Part shown: positions 10,641 to 23,989 of the stretch, in pieces
How positions within the stretch are numbered: the stretch's first letter is position 1
How the letters are laid out: each line of letters opens with the position of its first letter
NCBI GenBank assembly: GCA_010093705.1
Contig: MU006102.1
Location: forward strand, 190,123-254,122
Direction: 5' to 3'
DNA from: Patellaria atrata CBS 101060
Taxonomy: Eukaryota
DNA: 64,000 bases
The notes under the pieces: model-generated
What the model was told of the DNA's origin: nothing
The model's database searches: none
Seen by the model: only the letters and a program-made list of their open reading frames with translations
Translations under genes and position numbers: made by a program

Positions 10641-13181
10641 TTATTGTGCACCAATCTCTTCCTCTGCCCATCCAGGTAACGCACCGTCGCCCTGGATGGC
10701 AAGTCCGTAACCACTGGTGCCAAATCCACCAAGACCAGTGCTCAGGCTACCAAAGCCAGAGTTCTGCTGTTGTCCCTGGGTAGACGCTTGTATGGGTTGA
10801 GCAAAGGGCCCTTGGGAAAAGACGGGTAAGCTGACCGCACGGGCGTGCTGTGAGCGAAGATTTGATGGCGCAAGGAGACCGCCAACCGTCGTCGCACCAG
10901 TACTAGCATTGTTGAACGTCGCAGATGTACCGTTAGCCATGCTGAAACTGTTGCTGTTGTGATGGTGGATAGTGTGTGATGTGGATTGGGCGTCAGCACC
11001 GTAAAACGCAGCCTGTGGACTGGAGTACGTCTGATTTTGTTGTTGCTGCGAGGCTTGCTGCATATTGTACGAGTTATAGTCGTCCCCTTGCTGACCCTGT
11101 TGGCCCTGCTGTTGCGTTTGTTGCAAATACATCATTAGGGGGTTATTGCTTCCGGAATTTAGTATTGACGCTGGTGTTGGAGCTTGCATTTGCGCGAACG
11201 CACTCGTATTGGAACTCGCACCTGTCGATCCAGGTGCAACTGATCCAGTGGGAGAAATAGAAAGACCATTCTGGCTACGGTTCGGTTGTAATCCATTCAT
11301 TGAGGATGGAGAAGTCATTCCATCGTGAGGCCCTCCTTGGGTACTCTGCTGCTGAACATTGTTGTTATTGTTGTTATTATTATTGGTGTTCATTTGACGG
11401 GGGGGATTGCCACAGCGATCCTTTCCAAAATTCACTTTGAACCTTTTGTATTCCTCGCGTCCACGGATTGCCTCAATCGCTTTGATCGCATTGGCGATAT
11501 TTGTAAAGTTGACGAAGGCACAACTCTTCTCCCGTAAAGCATTCACAAGTTCAATCTCGCCATATTCGGCGAAATCTTGTCGCAAACGTTCTTCGCTCCA
11601 TGATTCGTCCAAGTTCCCAATATAGACATTTCTAGACGCACCCCCACTGACCGCCAGAGCAATGGCCGGGGGTAAAGCGCCAGAGTGTTTACCCCATCCA
11701 ATCTTGAGACGGCGGTTGTGGATCATAAGGCCTTGGAGATTGCTAAGAGCATAGAAGGATGCAGCAGACGTAGGATCAATGAACGTTACGAAACAGATGT
11801 GCTTATCTGGAATATAACGGATGTGATGGAGAAGACCACCACGAACAACGTTACAAATTTCCTCAATGGTAGTTTCAGGATGGATATTCCCGAGGTATAC
11901 AGTCCTGTTTCCCAGGTTGTTTACTCCACCAGCTGACGTAGCCACCGCAGCAGCAGCCACGGATTGCTGAGCGAGCGCATTGGAGATGAGGTCCCTATCC
12001 GCACCATTGAGTACATGTGCATATCCAGGAGCGATACCTAGATACTGAGCTGCATTTTGCTGTTGTGTCTTCGAGACATAGGCACAACGATCTTTCCCAT
12101 AATACACCCGACGTGGAGGTTGCCACTTCGGTTCTTGCGGTAACTGAGCAACGGCTTTGATAGCGTTTCCAATTGAAAGGAAGTGTACAAATCCGATCGC
12201 CTTTTCCCTGACGATTTTTACGGTGTCAATGGGGCCAAATTTACCCAAATCTTCTTTGAGCTCTTCCTCAGTAACATCCTCAGATAAGTTACCAAGATAC
12301 ACATTTCTCGATGCACCGGATTGCTGCACAGCGAGTGCTACGGAAGTAGGTACTTGGGAAGGTTTGCCCCAACCAATCTTGATATCTTGTCCCCTGATCG
12401 CTAATTTTTTGAGAATTGCATCAGAGTGAAAGTGGGTGGCAGAGCTGCTGTCAAGAAAAGAGATAAATGCGCAATTCTTGTCTGGTAAAAGTCTCACCGA
12501 TTCAATTTGACCACTACGAACGTGACCTAAAATCTCCTCAGCTGAGGTCTCCGGCGGAATGTTGCCTAGATACACGGTACGAGATGTTCCGGAGACCAAA
12601 CCTGGCGCCATATGAATACCTGCCCCTAAACCAGCCATAGATTGGTTGGCTAGGCTAGAGAAGGCAGCGGATGGTGACTGGGGACCTCCAAAGAATTGTG
12701 GTGCATTTATACCGGTAGGCGAAACCAAATTTTGGTACAAGGTTGGGGAGAGCGCAGCTTGATGAGCCTGGATAGGACTCCCGACCTGATTTTGCTGCCC
12801 TTGCTGCTGTTGATGTGCATTGCTGAAATTTGAAAAGTTTTGAAACTGAGGGGACGTGAACGCATTCGGAGAACCCGGCTGAAAGGGGCTTCCAAGCAGT
12901 AACTGTGAGGGGAGTAATGGCGTGAAATTCATATCAAAGGCCGTCCCCGGTGTTTGCAGTTCGTTGCCATTCTGGTTATTTTGATTAAGACGTCCCGTAT
13001 TGATTGATGGAATATTGCTCCTCTGTGGATGTCTATCTGCATACCCACCGATCGATGGCTGGTTCGAGTGATAGGCTCCATGAGAAAATCCGGTGTTCTC
13101 GCCGTTTATAGATGGTTTAGAGAGATGAGAAGGAAGGCGGTTGGGACCAGTGCCATTCTGGGATGGATCTTGGTGTTGCAT
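10641..13181 (-). CDS. nrd1: four-RRM RNA-binding protein, Nrd1 (S. pombe)/Mrn1 (S. cerevisiae) family
   Basis: Four RRMs starting SRTVYLGNI, SRNVYLGNL, NRTVYLGNI, SRNVYIGNL with IKIGWGK/YYGKDRC linkers; Q/N-rich tails; first in-frame ATG at 13181. Confidence 0.9.
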   Translation of the reverse strand: MQHQDPSQNGTGPNRLPSHLSKPSINGENTGFSHGAYHSNQPSIGGYADRHPQRSNIPSINTGRLNQNNQNGNELQTPGTAFDMNFTPLLPSQLLLGSPFQPGSPNAFTSPQFQNFSNFSNAHQQQQGQQNQVGSPIQAHQAALSPTLYQNLVSPTGINAPQFFGGPQSPSAAFSSLANQSMAGLGAGIHMAPGLVSGTSRTVYLGNIPPETSAEEILGHVRSGQIESVRLLPDKNCAFISFLDSSSATHFHSDAILKKLAIRGQDIKIGWGKPSQVPTSVALAVQQSGASRNVYLGNLSEDVTEEELKEDLGKFGPIDTVKIVREKAIGFVHFLSIGNAIKAVAQLPQEPKWQPPRRVYYGKDRCAYVSKTQQQNAAQYLGIAPGYAHVLNGADRDLISNALAQQSVAAAAVATSAGGVNNLGNRTVYLGNIHPETTIEEICNVVRGGLLHHIRYIPDKHICFVTFIDPTSAASFYALSNLQGLMIHNRRLKIGWGKHSGALPPAIALAVSGGASRNVYIGNLDESWSEERLRQDFAEYGEIELVNALREKSCAFVNFTNIANAIKAIEAIRGREEYKRFKVNFGKDRCGNPPRQMNTNNNNNNNNNVQQQSTQGGPHDGMTSPSSMNGLQPNRSQNGLSISPTGSVAPGSTGASSNTSAFAQMQAPTPASILNSGSNNPLMMYLQQTQQQGQQGQQGDDYNSYNMQQASQQQQNQTYSSPQAAFYGADAQSTSHTIHHHNSNSFSMANGTSATFNNASTGATTVGGLLAPSNLRSQHARAVSLPVFSQGPFAQPIQASTQGQQQNSGFGSLSTGLGGFGTSGYGLAIQGDGALPGWAEEEIGAQ

Positions 13182-14746
13182 TGAGAGCAAGTGTGGTGGC
13201 AGGACGAGACCGTCCCGCAGACTAGATGATAATACAGCCGTTTTGATGGATTAAGGTGTCCGGACCCTCAAGCGCCGGACGCAAAATATGTAACGCGAAG
13301 TGAAGCTAATGAAGGTATTATCGTAGATAAAAGTGATGGATACCGAGTGAGCGTGTTCAGAATTTGATGACTACTCATCAGTAGAGATTAGCATTTTTGA
13401 CTCTAGGAAAGGGCATGCTTGATAATGCAATCTCATGGCTCACATATTAGACAATCAGCTCAGTTAACTAGATAACTGAGATCTGATGACTCTTCAAGGC
13501 TAATTGACTAGCACTTGATGACAGTTCTGATGACTCTTTTACCCACCTGGTATGCAGGGGGAAGTGTAAACGAAGGGTGCACTTTCGCGTAGTATGTCTG
13601 ATAAGATGGTAATGTATAGATCGTTATCACGACTTTTCACAATCCTAAGTTGGACGAATAACAATTATTTCAAGATGGCTGCAACCGGGTTCTGGGGTTA
13701 AGTCGCCGTGGGTCCAAAAGTGGTCGAAAGAGCGGACAATGAATGGTAAAGGAATGTAAACAGAAGAATAGGCAAACCACAATGGAAGCCAGATAGAGAA
13801 AGAGAAGACAATGAGTGGATTTTGAATAGAGCTGACAAGACAGTACGAATGCGCAAAAGGATGGAAAAGCGAGAATAATGAGAAGCAAAAGGTAAAGAGT
13901 TGATGCAGGACGAGAAGAAATGGAAGGCTGAAGGAGATGAGGATCCAGGAGAAGTACGGCTAGTATTCCAGAAAATGACATGGTCATAGCGCTCAACCTA
14001 TTTTGGTTCGCGACAAATCTGACGGATGATCTTCCCCTCATGAAACCGTCTGGAATGAATATGTCAATAATAATGTAATTCAGAGATTCATTTCTGACTA
14101 GGAGGTCTCCTTATGAACTACTACATTTTACTCCGATTAACATTGTGATGACTCGATATGCATATGTCACCTTCAAACACTGTGTCATTGTCAAAAAGAT
14201 TGTAGAAGCGCTGTGTTCTTGCATGTTCTCAGGGACTCCCGTCTTCAGTCCCTCATGTCCGGCTTGCAGCAGCTCAGCCCGCCCAATTAGGCAGAGCAAG
14301 GGCTCCGTAAATGAACACGATGGCGTTCCTCACCGTTCCTGGCTAATAACTTTTAGGGTTACGGGACCGTTGGGGTTCTTTTGATACAACCCTTGACGCT
14401 CGTTTATTAGCTACAAGTTCACCAACAATCTCGAAGGCTGGAAGGGGTATCAGAAATGAAGTTGATCAATCCCTTATAAATCCGTAGCCGGTAACCGTAC
14501 AGCGATTGTTTGTTTACTCGCAAGTTCTAGATGATAACTTACAAGAGAAAAGATTGAAAGTATTCACATTACCGCACAGTAGAAATATCAATATTATGAG
14601 GTTGCTCAGCAAGTGTGATTTCCATTTCCGGTTAGTGTGTCATGTGATCGCGCTGTTTTTGACTTCACAATTCATCGACCACTTTGCAAATTTGGACTTC
14701 TCCAATCTTTAACAAGTTGATACGATTTGAAGACACCTATGTCTCA

Positions 14747-16547
14747 ATGCCGGACTTGTATCCGTCTCTTCTACAGTGTGCAGTCGTAGCCACCGCGCTG
14801 AAAGTTCTACTTTTTCCCGCTTAGTGAGTCGGATTCGAAAACCCCTTTCATCATATCCCTTGGTGCTAAACGCAGGTAGCAAATCGACTGATTTTGAGGT
14901 TCATCGTAACTGGCTTGCAATAACCCATTCCTTACCCGTCAAAGAATGGTACCTTGAAGTAAGACATCTTAAAGGGCCATTGGGATCCGTTTTGTGACTA
15001 AATTATGTAGAATACTTCGGAATGGACCCTTGATTATCCTCCTTTCTTTGCTTACTTCGAATGGGCTCTGTCGCAAGCTGCAGCATTATTTGAACCGCGG
15101 CTACTCAACATTAAAGCACTCGATTTTGATAGCTGGCAGACAGTGTATTTTCAGCGCTCGACAGTAATTGCGACGGAGCTCGTTCTCATCTACGCCTTGC
15201 ACTTGTCAGTAAAATGATATTACTGCACCCTTACTTTAGCTAAAAGCAGTAATAGATATGTGAAGACCTCCCCTTCAACGAAGAATGCACACTGCGCAGC
15301 ATTATCCATCCTTCTTTCACCTGGTCTCCTTATCATTGATCACATCCATTTTCAGTATAACGGGTTCCTTTACGGTGTCTTTATCTTGTCCCTTGTACTT
15401 GCGAGGAAACAGGCTACTGTCCTATGGAGTGGAGTCACATTCGTAATTCTGTTGTGTCTGAAGCACATTTATCTCTATCTTGCCCCAGCATATTTTGTTT
15501 ACCTTCTTAGAGCATACTGCTTAGCGCCGGATTCTGTATGGCGCATTGAATTCAGAAACTCCCTAAAGCTGGGAAGCAGTATTGCCGCCGTATTTCTCGC
15601 TGCATTTGGACCCTTTGTCCACTGGGACCAGCTACCACAGCTTCTCAGTAGACTATTTCCGTTCTCAAGAGGACTTTGCCATGCGTATTGGGCGCCGAAC
15701 ATATGGGCTATGTACTCATTTACTGACAGAGTACTGATTTATTGTGAGATTTTCCAAAGACTTCTTTATGCATTACTAACTCTCATAGTGGCGCCACGGA
15801 TTGGAATCTCTGTTGATCAGTCTGCAGTCCACAGTGTGACGAGGGGTCTCGTTGGTGATACCGCATTCGCCGTATTGCCTGATGTCTCCGCGAAGGTCAC
15901 ATTTTTCTTGACTTTAGTCACTCAGACGGTACATATCCCACGATCTCCGGTCCTCCTACAGTCTAACCAAAGCAGGTGTGCTTGATAAAATTGTTCTTCA
16001 AACCCAACTGGAATACATTTATAGGAGCTGTTACACTTTGCGGATATGCATCCTTTTTGTTCGGATGGCATGTTCACGAGAAAGCTATTTTGCTCGTTAT
16101 CATACCTTTTAGTCTGCTCGCTCTGAAAGATAGGCGATACCTTGGCGCTTTCCGGCCTTTGGTTGTCGCCGGTCATGTTTCTCTCTTTCCCCTACTTTTT
16201 ACGGCCGCAGAGTTTCCCATCAAAACAGTTTACACGATATTTTGGTTAGTTGCGTTCTTGCTGGCGTTTGATCGGCTTGCACCAGCGTAAGTGACGAACA
16301 TACTATATCTATGCAGAAGATGCCTAACTGTGCTAGGTCCTCTCATGCCCGTGTCTTCCTCCTAGACCGCTTTTCACTTGCATATATTACAATTGCTATC
16401 CCACTAATAGTCTATTGCTCACTCATACATAAAGTGGCATTTGGCGAAAAATACGAGTTCCTCCCTCTGATGTTTACGAGCTCCTATTCAGCAGTAGGGG
16501 TCACCGGAAGCTGGTTAGGTTTCCTTGTCGTGTATTTCTCCTCATGA
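14747..16547 (+). CDS. alg8: dolichyl-PP-Glc1Man9GlcNAc2 alpha-1,3-glucosyltransferase (multi-exon)
   Basis: Motifs [71 protein letters not shown]; canonical introns. Confidence 0.93.
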
Positions 16548-17707
16548 GTAGGTTCTACTACTAAATGTAAAAGTTATTCAGGCAATACTGAAAGAATGAT
16601 TACTAAAAATCCCATTCCGGCGTTGACATCTAACTTTCCCCTTCTTCAAGCTATACGTACGTTTTCAGTTATGCAAATACTCTATTTGGCATTGCTAAAG
16701 ATGCCTAGTCCTTGAATTAAACATCTCTATAGGGTCTAAGATAACCTTCTCTCGAGCCGAGATCAGTAGAGGTATCGTTCAGAATGTTTTGAGAGCGACT
16801 TAATGCATGGCAACCTAATGGTGACGAAAAGGGATATTAAACCAACGGCATGATTTTTACTTTCCTATAACTTGCGCAATTGCATATAGCCAGCCTTTGA
16901 GTTATTCGGACCCTAGATTACAGTATTACAAGGTATTGTTGTTCTAAGTCTGTTGAATCGCCAGTAGTTGCGGACAGTTTGGGAGGTGAGCAGTCGGGGC
17001 GGATTTAGACATTTTGACCTATAGAAGTATTGATTTCTGTGACCATGCTATAATGTCCTGGCACATGAGATAGAATATACAACTGACCACTCGTCTGAAT
17101 CGCCCAAAGCTGGCGATCAAAATGAGCATAAACAAGTGGGAATCTTCGTAAACGTTAGAAGGATAAGTTTGCATGGAAAGTTCGGGCTGGATGGTAGGGT
17201 AGGCTTTGTCCCTGGTCTATTTGCGGGATCGTCATTAGCGAGAGGAATGACAGGGTCTCTATTTGACTAAGGACTAAAGATGCTGCCATTTCCTACCCTA
17301 CCCACGTCCTCTACCTTTCAAAGCCGGATCTCTACCTCGCCCATAAATCTGTTTTATGTTTCTCATCAACCACGAACTTCGCAACTGCCTGGTCCATCTT
17401 AGAAACACGTCCTGACACGTGCTCTGAGCTACTACGCGTAGAACATCTCCCAAGATCACCTATACACTTCGCCATCAGGACCCCCACTCACTTTTGTTGT
17501 TTCCACACTACACGCGCCGACATTCTCCGTTGCAGAATTCAACCCCAAAGTTCCCTACCCGAACGAGGTGAAACCCAGGATTCACGACTGGACGCTCCCT
17601 CTAATCCCTTATATACGCATCTGAACTACTGTATTGCAAGTTTAGAGTGGGGGGTTGTCACTTTCTACTGACAGTTCCTTTCCGTATGTCTTGCGGAGAG
17701 TCCTGTC

Positions 17708-20700
17708 ATGGTTCGTCTATCCCAACCATTTGCCATATGTTCCCCCGATTAACAATTCTAGGTTCAATACAAGCGCAAACCCGTTCATTACCTGCCCCCT
17801 CCAACTGGCATTCAGGACAATTCTGAGGTGCGCTACGCCGGAAAAGAGATAGCTAAGAGAAGCTTCTAATGTCTGTCTAGGTATGGGTCATTCGAGAGAC
17901 CGGAGAAGTCTTTATGGACTATGAGAGCTATCTGCATAGGTTGGTACATTTGCGTTCAACATCTATTCTGACGCGGAGCTAACGGGGTATAGATATGATT
18001 ATTACCGACAAGTATGTTTCCTGTATTTATACTGAATCTTGTCCATCGTACATTAGGCAGCAGTATCTCTCTAATATAAGGTCTAACGTTCTTATAGAAG
18101 AAATTTACATGTGATGTCACCGGGCATACTAATCTTTCATTCTTTGACGCCTTAACGAGCGAGGTATTTATTTCAACATTCTCCTTTATGGCGCATCAAA
18201 TGTGGTCAAATACTAATTTGTCGTAGAAACTGGGATCCAAAGCTGTTGATACAATCTTCCCTGACTCGTTGAGAGAACCTGTGCTTCGTAAAGTTCAATT
18301 CTCTACTATATCTCGCATGGACGATCTTGGTAAGTCACTCCGCTTCCGAATCCGTAAGTAGCATAACTAATACGTTTCAAATCTAGTGAACACTATTTTC
18401 GATGTATGAAAAGTCCTAGATGGAATCCTTCTGGAAACTAACGTGTGCAGGAATTCAAAAACGATTTCTTTCCTGGGGAACGGGTTGTCGCTAAGTTAGA
18501 GAATGGAGAAAGGATTGAAGGTGTAGTCAAGATGACCACACGATTCAATGCTCGGCCGTCTCTGGACGGTAGTATCGGACATCCCCCATGGTCCAGGTTG
18601 CTCGTACGATTGGCGGATCAAGACGAAGATGTTCACTTCGACAATAATCAATTGACCCGTGACCGTAAGATATTCAGCAAACAGATCCTCCGTTCTTTTC
18701 TCAAGAATGCGGCCTATAAGGAACCTTGGACCGGTGCACCATGGATCGTCAAAGAGAAACTTGCGCTGGAGTATAAGCTTGATATGGTTATCCCTCTCCA
18801 TCTACAGTATGATGCTCGAATGGCGGAAAAGAAAGCTATCGCCGCTCAAAAGAAAACAGAACACGAGAGTATACTTTTCATGAACCAACATCTTGGTAAC
18901 CCGCGGAATATTGAGGCCAAACCCCAGGGAAGAGGTCAGAAAATGAAGCTTCTCCCGAATGCCTTAAACGGCCAACTTGAGGAGACCTATGCACAATTCC
19001 AGCACATGCTACCACGTTTCGCTCAACCTCCTTTTGTGACCAACCCTGGACCACAACCAATGGTGACCGGCCCGATGAATGGCCATTTCCAGCAATATCC
19101 CGTATTTCAACCCATAGCTGTTAGGCAAGCTCCGCTGAAACAACCTCCTCCACCGCCACCAATAAAATATCCTATAGATGATCTTGATGTTGGCCATAGA
19201 CGACATGGTGAACTACGTCCCCAGTTGAAATTCATGACCAAGGATAATCCGGCCCAAAACACTTCCAAGCCACAATTTGGGTCCGAACTTCAGATGCAGT
19301 CCGTCGGGCCTCTTCTAGAGATATGGAACACTCTCAATGTTCATGTTGAAGTTTATATTCTGGATTCCTTCACGTTCGACGATTTGGTGGAGGCGATGCA
19401 GCTCTCCTCCGAATCTATTGAATGTGAACTATTTGTTGAGATCCATTGCGCAGTCTTAAAGCAACTTGTCGATAGAGAAGGGGACATCCAAGTACCACTG
19501 CAAGATATTCCAGATGAAGAGGACCTTGAGGAAGATGAGTCAGACGAGGAAAGTGAAGAATCATCACCTACGCCTGAACCTGAACGACCGCCCGCGAGAA
19601 CTACGAGAAGCAGTCTCGCTAAATCCGAGGCGGCTGCTCTAAAGCAACGGAGTCCAAGCGTGGACGAAAACCAGCCTGTTCATCGTGCGGCGGAAATGCT
19701 TCGTGATTATGGCTGGATTGACCGCTTGAAAGCACGAGATTTTGCCAATGGTGGCTGGCAGGTTATCATAGTTGGTCTTCTGCGACAATTATCTCTTATA
19801 CCGAAACAAACCGAAATATGCGAGAAGATCCTAGCTCATCTAGCACCGCCTGATGAAGAGCCGACTCAGCAAACCGCTCGTCAACAGTATGTCACTCTAG
19901 ATGCGAACCTTCGCATCGCAGCATTAGAAATGATTGTCATGCTATCTGTTCGTACGAAAGCTCTACGAAAATATCTTGAAGAATGTAGTAAAGCAATGAC
20001 AGAAATCCGAAAGAAGAAGAGCGATTGTCAAACTTCAAAGAGGCCACTGTAAGTTCCATGTTATCTCCGACTTTTTATCTGGCTAACTTCTCGTAGAATA
20101 GAGGAACTTAAAGCGCTCGATGAGCAGAGGAAAATGCTCCTTCCCGACCCGCCCGTATCCCCTAATCCGGATGAACAACAGGCCCAAGCTGCCCCTGTTG
20201 ATGTTAGTATGACAGAAGTTGACGAGGAAGTTGCTAAAGACGATGATGAAGATGCGACGGAGGATGAAGGGCCGGTTAGATCACTTAGACGAGGAAACGA
20301 CCGAGCTAATGAACGTAAGCGTAAACGTGACGAGGAAATCGCGCGTAAGGAGAGAGAAAGGAAAGAAAAGGCCGAAAAGCCAAAGACCAAGCAGTCCGCG
20401 CAATTAAAGAAAGTTTTGCGAGACATTGAAAAGAAGAAGGAGGCTATAAAGAAATGCGAGAGCGACATCGCGGAGTTTGATGAAGACCTCCGACAAACCA
20501 ACTGCCAGCGCACAAAAGTATTAGGACGTGACCGATTTTGGAACCGTTACTACTGGTTTGAACGCAATGGTATGCCATATGCGGGCATTCCGACTAGTTC
20601 TACTTCAAATTACGGCTATGCGAACGGTCGACTATGGGTTCAGGGACCTGACGAGCTCGAGCGTCAAGGTTTCCTCGATCTTCCAGAACAGGACTTGCAA

Positions 20701-21207
20701 CACTACCGTCAGAACTTTGGCATGAGCATTCTTGAGCGCAAAGAGGCCGAAGAGGGTCCTACGAGTCTTCGGGACGCTGGTCAATGGGGCTATTACGATA
20801 ACCCTGAGGACGTCGAAAAACTAATTGCATGGCTGGATGAGCGCGGAAAACGTGAGAAAGATCTGCGCAAAGAGCTGCAGCAGTGGCGGGAACCAATGAT
20901 GACATACATGGGCAAGATGAAAGAACACCTCGAAGAGATAGAGGAGAAGAGGGAAGAGGGAGAAGAGCAAGCGACGCGAGTATCCACTCGCACCAAGACC
21001 TATATTGACATTGATGCATCGAAATACCAATGTCTCGCCTGGCACAACAGTTATGCCGTAGACGAGTTCGGCCATCTTCATTCAGAACAGCCGAAACCGC
21101 GCAGGGGCGTTGTCAAAAAGAAAGGTGTAGCCGATAACAAAGCAGCAAAGGTACCTGTAGGGAAGTCTGGAAAACCTCTCACCAGGCAAGGAACACGATA
21201 TGGTTAG
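17708..21207 (+). CDS. itc1: ISW2 chromatin-remodelling complex subunit Itc1 (WAC, DDT, WHIM/WSD domains)
   Basis: ATG-only exon 17708-17710, then VQYKRKPV; WAC motifs ETGEVFMDYESY and KFTCDVTGH; DDT LLEIWNTLNV...LDSFTFDD; LGRDRFWNRYYWFE; micro-exons 17993-18011 and 18387-18403. Confidence 0.9.
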
Positions 21208-21920
21208 ATTTATAACAACTACCGTTGCCGCAAAATTATCACCGTGTCTTCAATTCAAAATCTATGTCACATTGAGGAACGGAGCCGGAGTTCTGTAGTT
21301 ACCAGCACGATTTGATGAGACATGATGATCATACTCCATGGCATGGTAAGGCGTTCGAACATTATACATCGTGTTTCTCATTATCTTATAGCGTTTCATT
21401 TTACATTACACCTGTCTCGATCGGTGTTATGTCGAACAGGACTAGGACAGGCATCAAAGAGGAGCACAATTTCTACAATTCATGTTATATAGACTTAAGG
21501 GGTTCTTGCCAAGGCTATACTTGGACTGTAAGATAAGGTCAACAGCATACTTGTTCAACAGATATTAGAAAGTTCAAGTCTCAAACTTTATAGTTTGAGA
21601 CTGTCGCATGGATTTATCGTGCTCCGGCGAGTTGAGGTTTGAATAGTGGTGGTGTCTTAGGGATTCATCAGGATGAGTGTTTGTCTTTCTTGAGTGGTGA
21701 GGTGCGGCTCTGATCGGTCAATGACGGAAGGAGCAATGATCGGCAACTCCGCATTCCCTGAACTCACACAAGGCTTCCATATGCTCATGCTTCACCACTA
21801 CCACTTATCAGCAACATTTAGAACCGTCCAGATATTTTTGTGGCTCATTCACGTCAAGCAAATAATCCTACCTCCTCTAGTTCATCAGTGAATATAGCAT
21901 CAGCGTCGCTCATCCGCCGC

Positions 21921-23430
21921 ATGTCGTCAAGCACTAACGGAGCGCGCAAAGGTATCTCACTACTTTTCCACGCTTTCTACCAAAGAGTCACTTCGTAACT
22001 TCCAATATAGCTCCACCAAAACCCATACCCCCTCCAACGAAGCTCAGCCTAGGCAGGAAAGTAAAAGATGCTGCGCAGGAAGAGTTCTCTGATGTCATCG
22101 GCAAGGCAGGCACAATCAAGATCAAGAAGCCCGGCGTAAAGCAGACAAAGCCTGGAAATTGGAAGGAGAGCGAAATAATCGATCCTAACAAGAACGATGA
22201 TGCTCCCACAAAACCAGATGGTGCTGATTCACCTCTCGTCAATCCCATAGATCCCAGTATTGCCATTGCTTTCCCTACCGGTAAACCGCTGGAAGACAAG
22301 ATCGACACCGTGCAATGTAAACATTGCAAACGTCCCGTGCTGAAGGCAACTGCTACAAAACATATTCAAGATTGTCTAGCAAAGAAACAAGAGAAGCAAA
22401 GGAAGAAGAAAGAAGCTAAAGAGGCGAAGGATGCTGCACTGCGTAAGGAAAAGGGACTCGATAAGGCTAGTGAGGCTGGTGATGATATGGAGACCAACAA
22501 TGGTCCTATCAATTCCAAAACCAATAGTGCTCGTAAGTCTGCTGCGAAAGGTGCCATAGCCGACGATACCGCGAAGAAGGGAAAGAAGCGAAAGGCAGAG
22601 GGTGATGCAGAGAAAGCACCAAATGCCAAGAAAAAGAAAAAGGATGAGCCTAAAGTCAAGGTACCGAAACCGAAGGGCCCAGTTGATGTAGAGAAGCAAT
22701 GCGGTGTTCCACTACCCAATGGAGCTCTTTGTGCACGCTCGTTGACCTGTAAAAGCCATTCGATGGGAGCAAAGAGAGCAGTACCGGGACGGAGCCTTCC
22801 GTATGATCGGTTACTAGCTCTCTACCAGCAGAAGAATCAAGCCAAGCAACAACGTGCGTTTCCGTTCTTAGTATTCTTGTATTCGTCAGTTGTAGCCATA
22901 TCTAACACGTTCATCAAACTACAGGAGCAGCAATCGACGCCAACGCACCCCTAGCCGATGACTTCGCCACCTCCGGTCCCGTAGACAGTGAGGAAGAGAA
23001 GGAACTGGTCATGGCAGCGATATCACGTGCACGTCCTCAGCCTCTCGCTACGAGATCATACATTTCCACTCGTTCAAGGTATCAATACATTCGCATGAAA
23101 GACATGCTACACAACGCATTAGGAGGCAGTCGTGGTGCAGGACTGTTCGCCACTGGCCCACAAGAGCCTGGTCACGGCAATCGAGGCTTAAGCCTTGGGG
23201 TTTTTGGGTCGGGGTTAGGCTCTGGACATCCTAGCGGGTTGGATACGTCTGTAAGCGGAATCTCTGGCTTTGGCGCTAATGGATACGTTGCAAGTCCCCT
23301 CAATAGTGCGGGATTGGATTCTGCTGGCTTTGAAAGTCATTCAAGAAGGAGCAGCGTTGCTGGACCAAGGGTGATGGTTCCTGTACCTCAAAGTCGGAAA
23401 CAGAGCCTTGCAGCAAGCGGAACAGCTTGA
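21921..23430 (+). CDS. sgf73: SAGA deubiquitination-module subunit Sgf73 (SCA7 zinc finger)
   Basis: QCKHCKRP zinc finger; KPKGPVDVEKQCGVPLPNGALCARSLTCKSHSMGAKRAVPGRS; two introns. Confidence 0.92.
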
Positions 23431-23989
23431 GTCTTTCCTTTCATTCATGTTTACGGCCTAATTCCTTTATTGTGTAAGGTGGTATCATGGAGTATTGGGA
23501 CATAGAAATTGAAGGGCATACTACAGGCTACGGGGAATTTGTATGAGTACTGGATTAGCATTGGGATGGTGTTTCTTGGGACATTATGGAGAATGGGAAT
23601 GGTGTTTGAATTGCTCTTACGGATAGGCTGTTGTTAAGCCTGGAGCAGCAGAGACACCTTTGACATCTTTGGCACTCTCGTATGTACCTTTGAGGGAGTA
23701 GGTATACGGTACCTTCGGTACGGGGGAGAGATTAGATAAGATGAATGTAATCAGGTCGGATGAAAGAAATTCCAGATCCGAATCCCGTGCGATCGCGCAA
23801 TCACTTTTGGCGCGATATACGCCTTTCGGTTGCGAACGCAGCAAAGCACAGATTCAGGACTGGCAGGTATAACTTTGGCTGACAAAACTTCGCAATGGCG
23901 TCAATATCAGCCCTGTTGCTTTTCCTCACTGAATCTCATTCTCCTTCTCCTCCACATTATCAATCCCCTCCTACCTCATTCCAACCACC

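Noticed and set aside
13365..13534. Plus-strand C/D-box snoRNA (TGATGA...CTGA)
   Set aside because: Antisense to the nrd1 leader, no terminal stem and no convincing rRNA guide; better explained as a repeated motif
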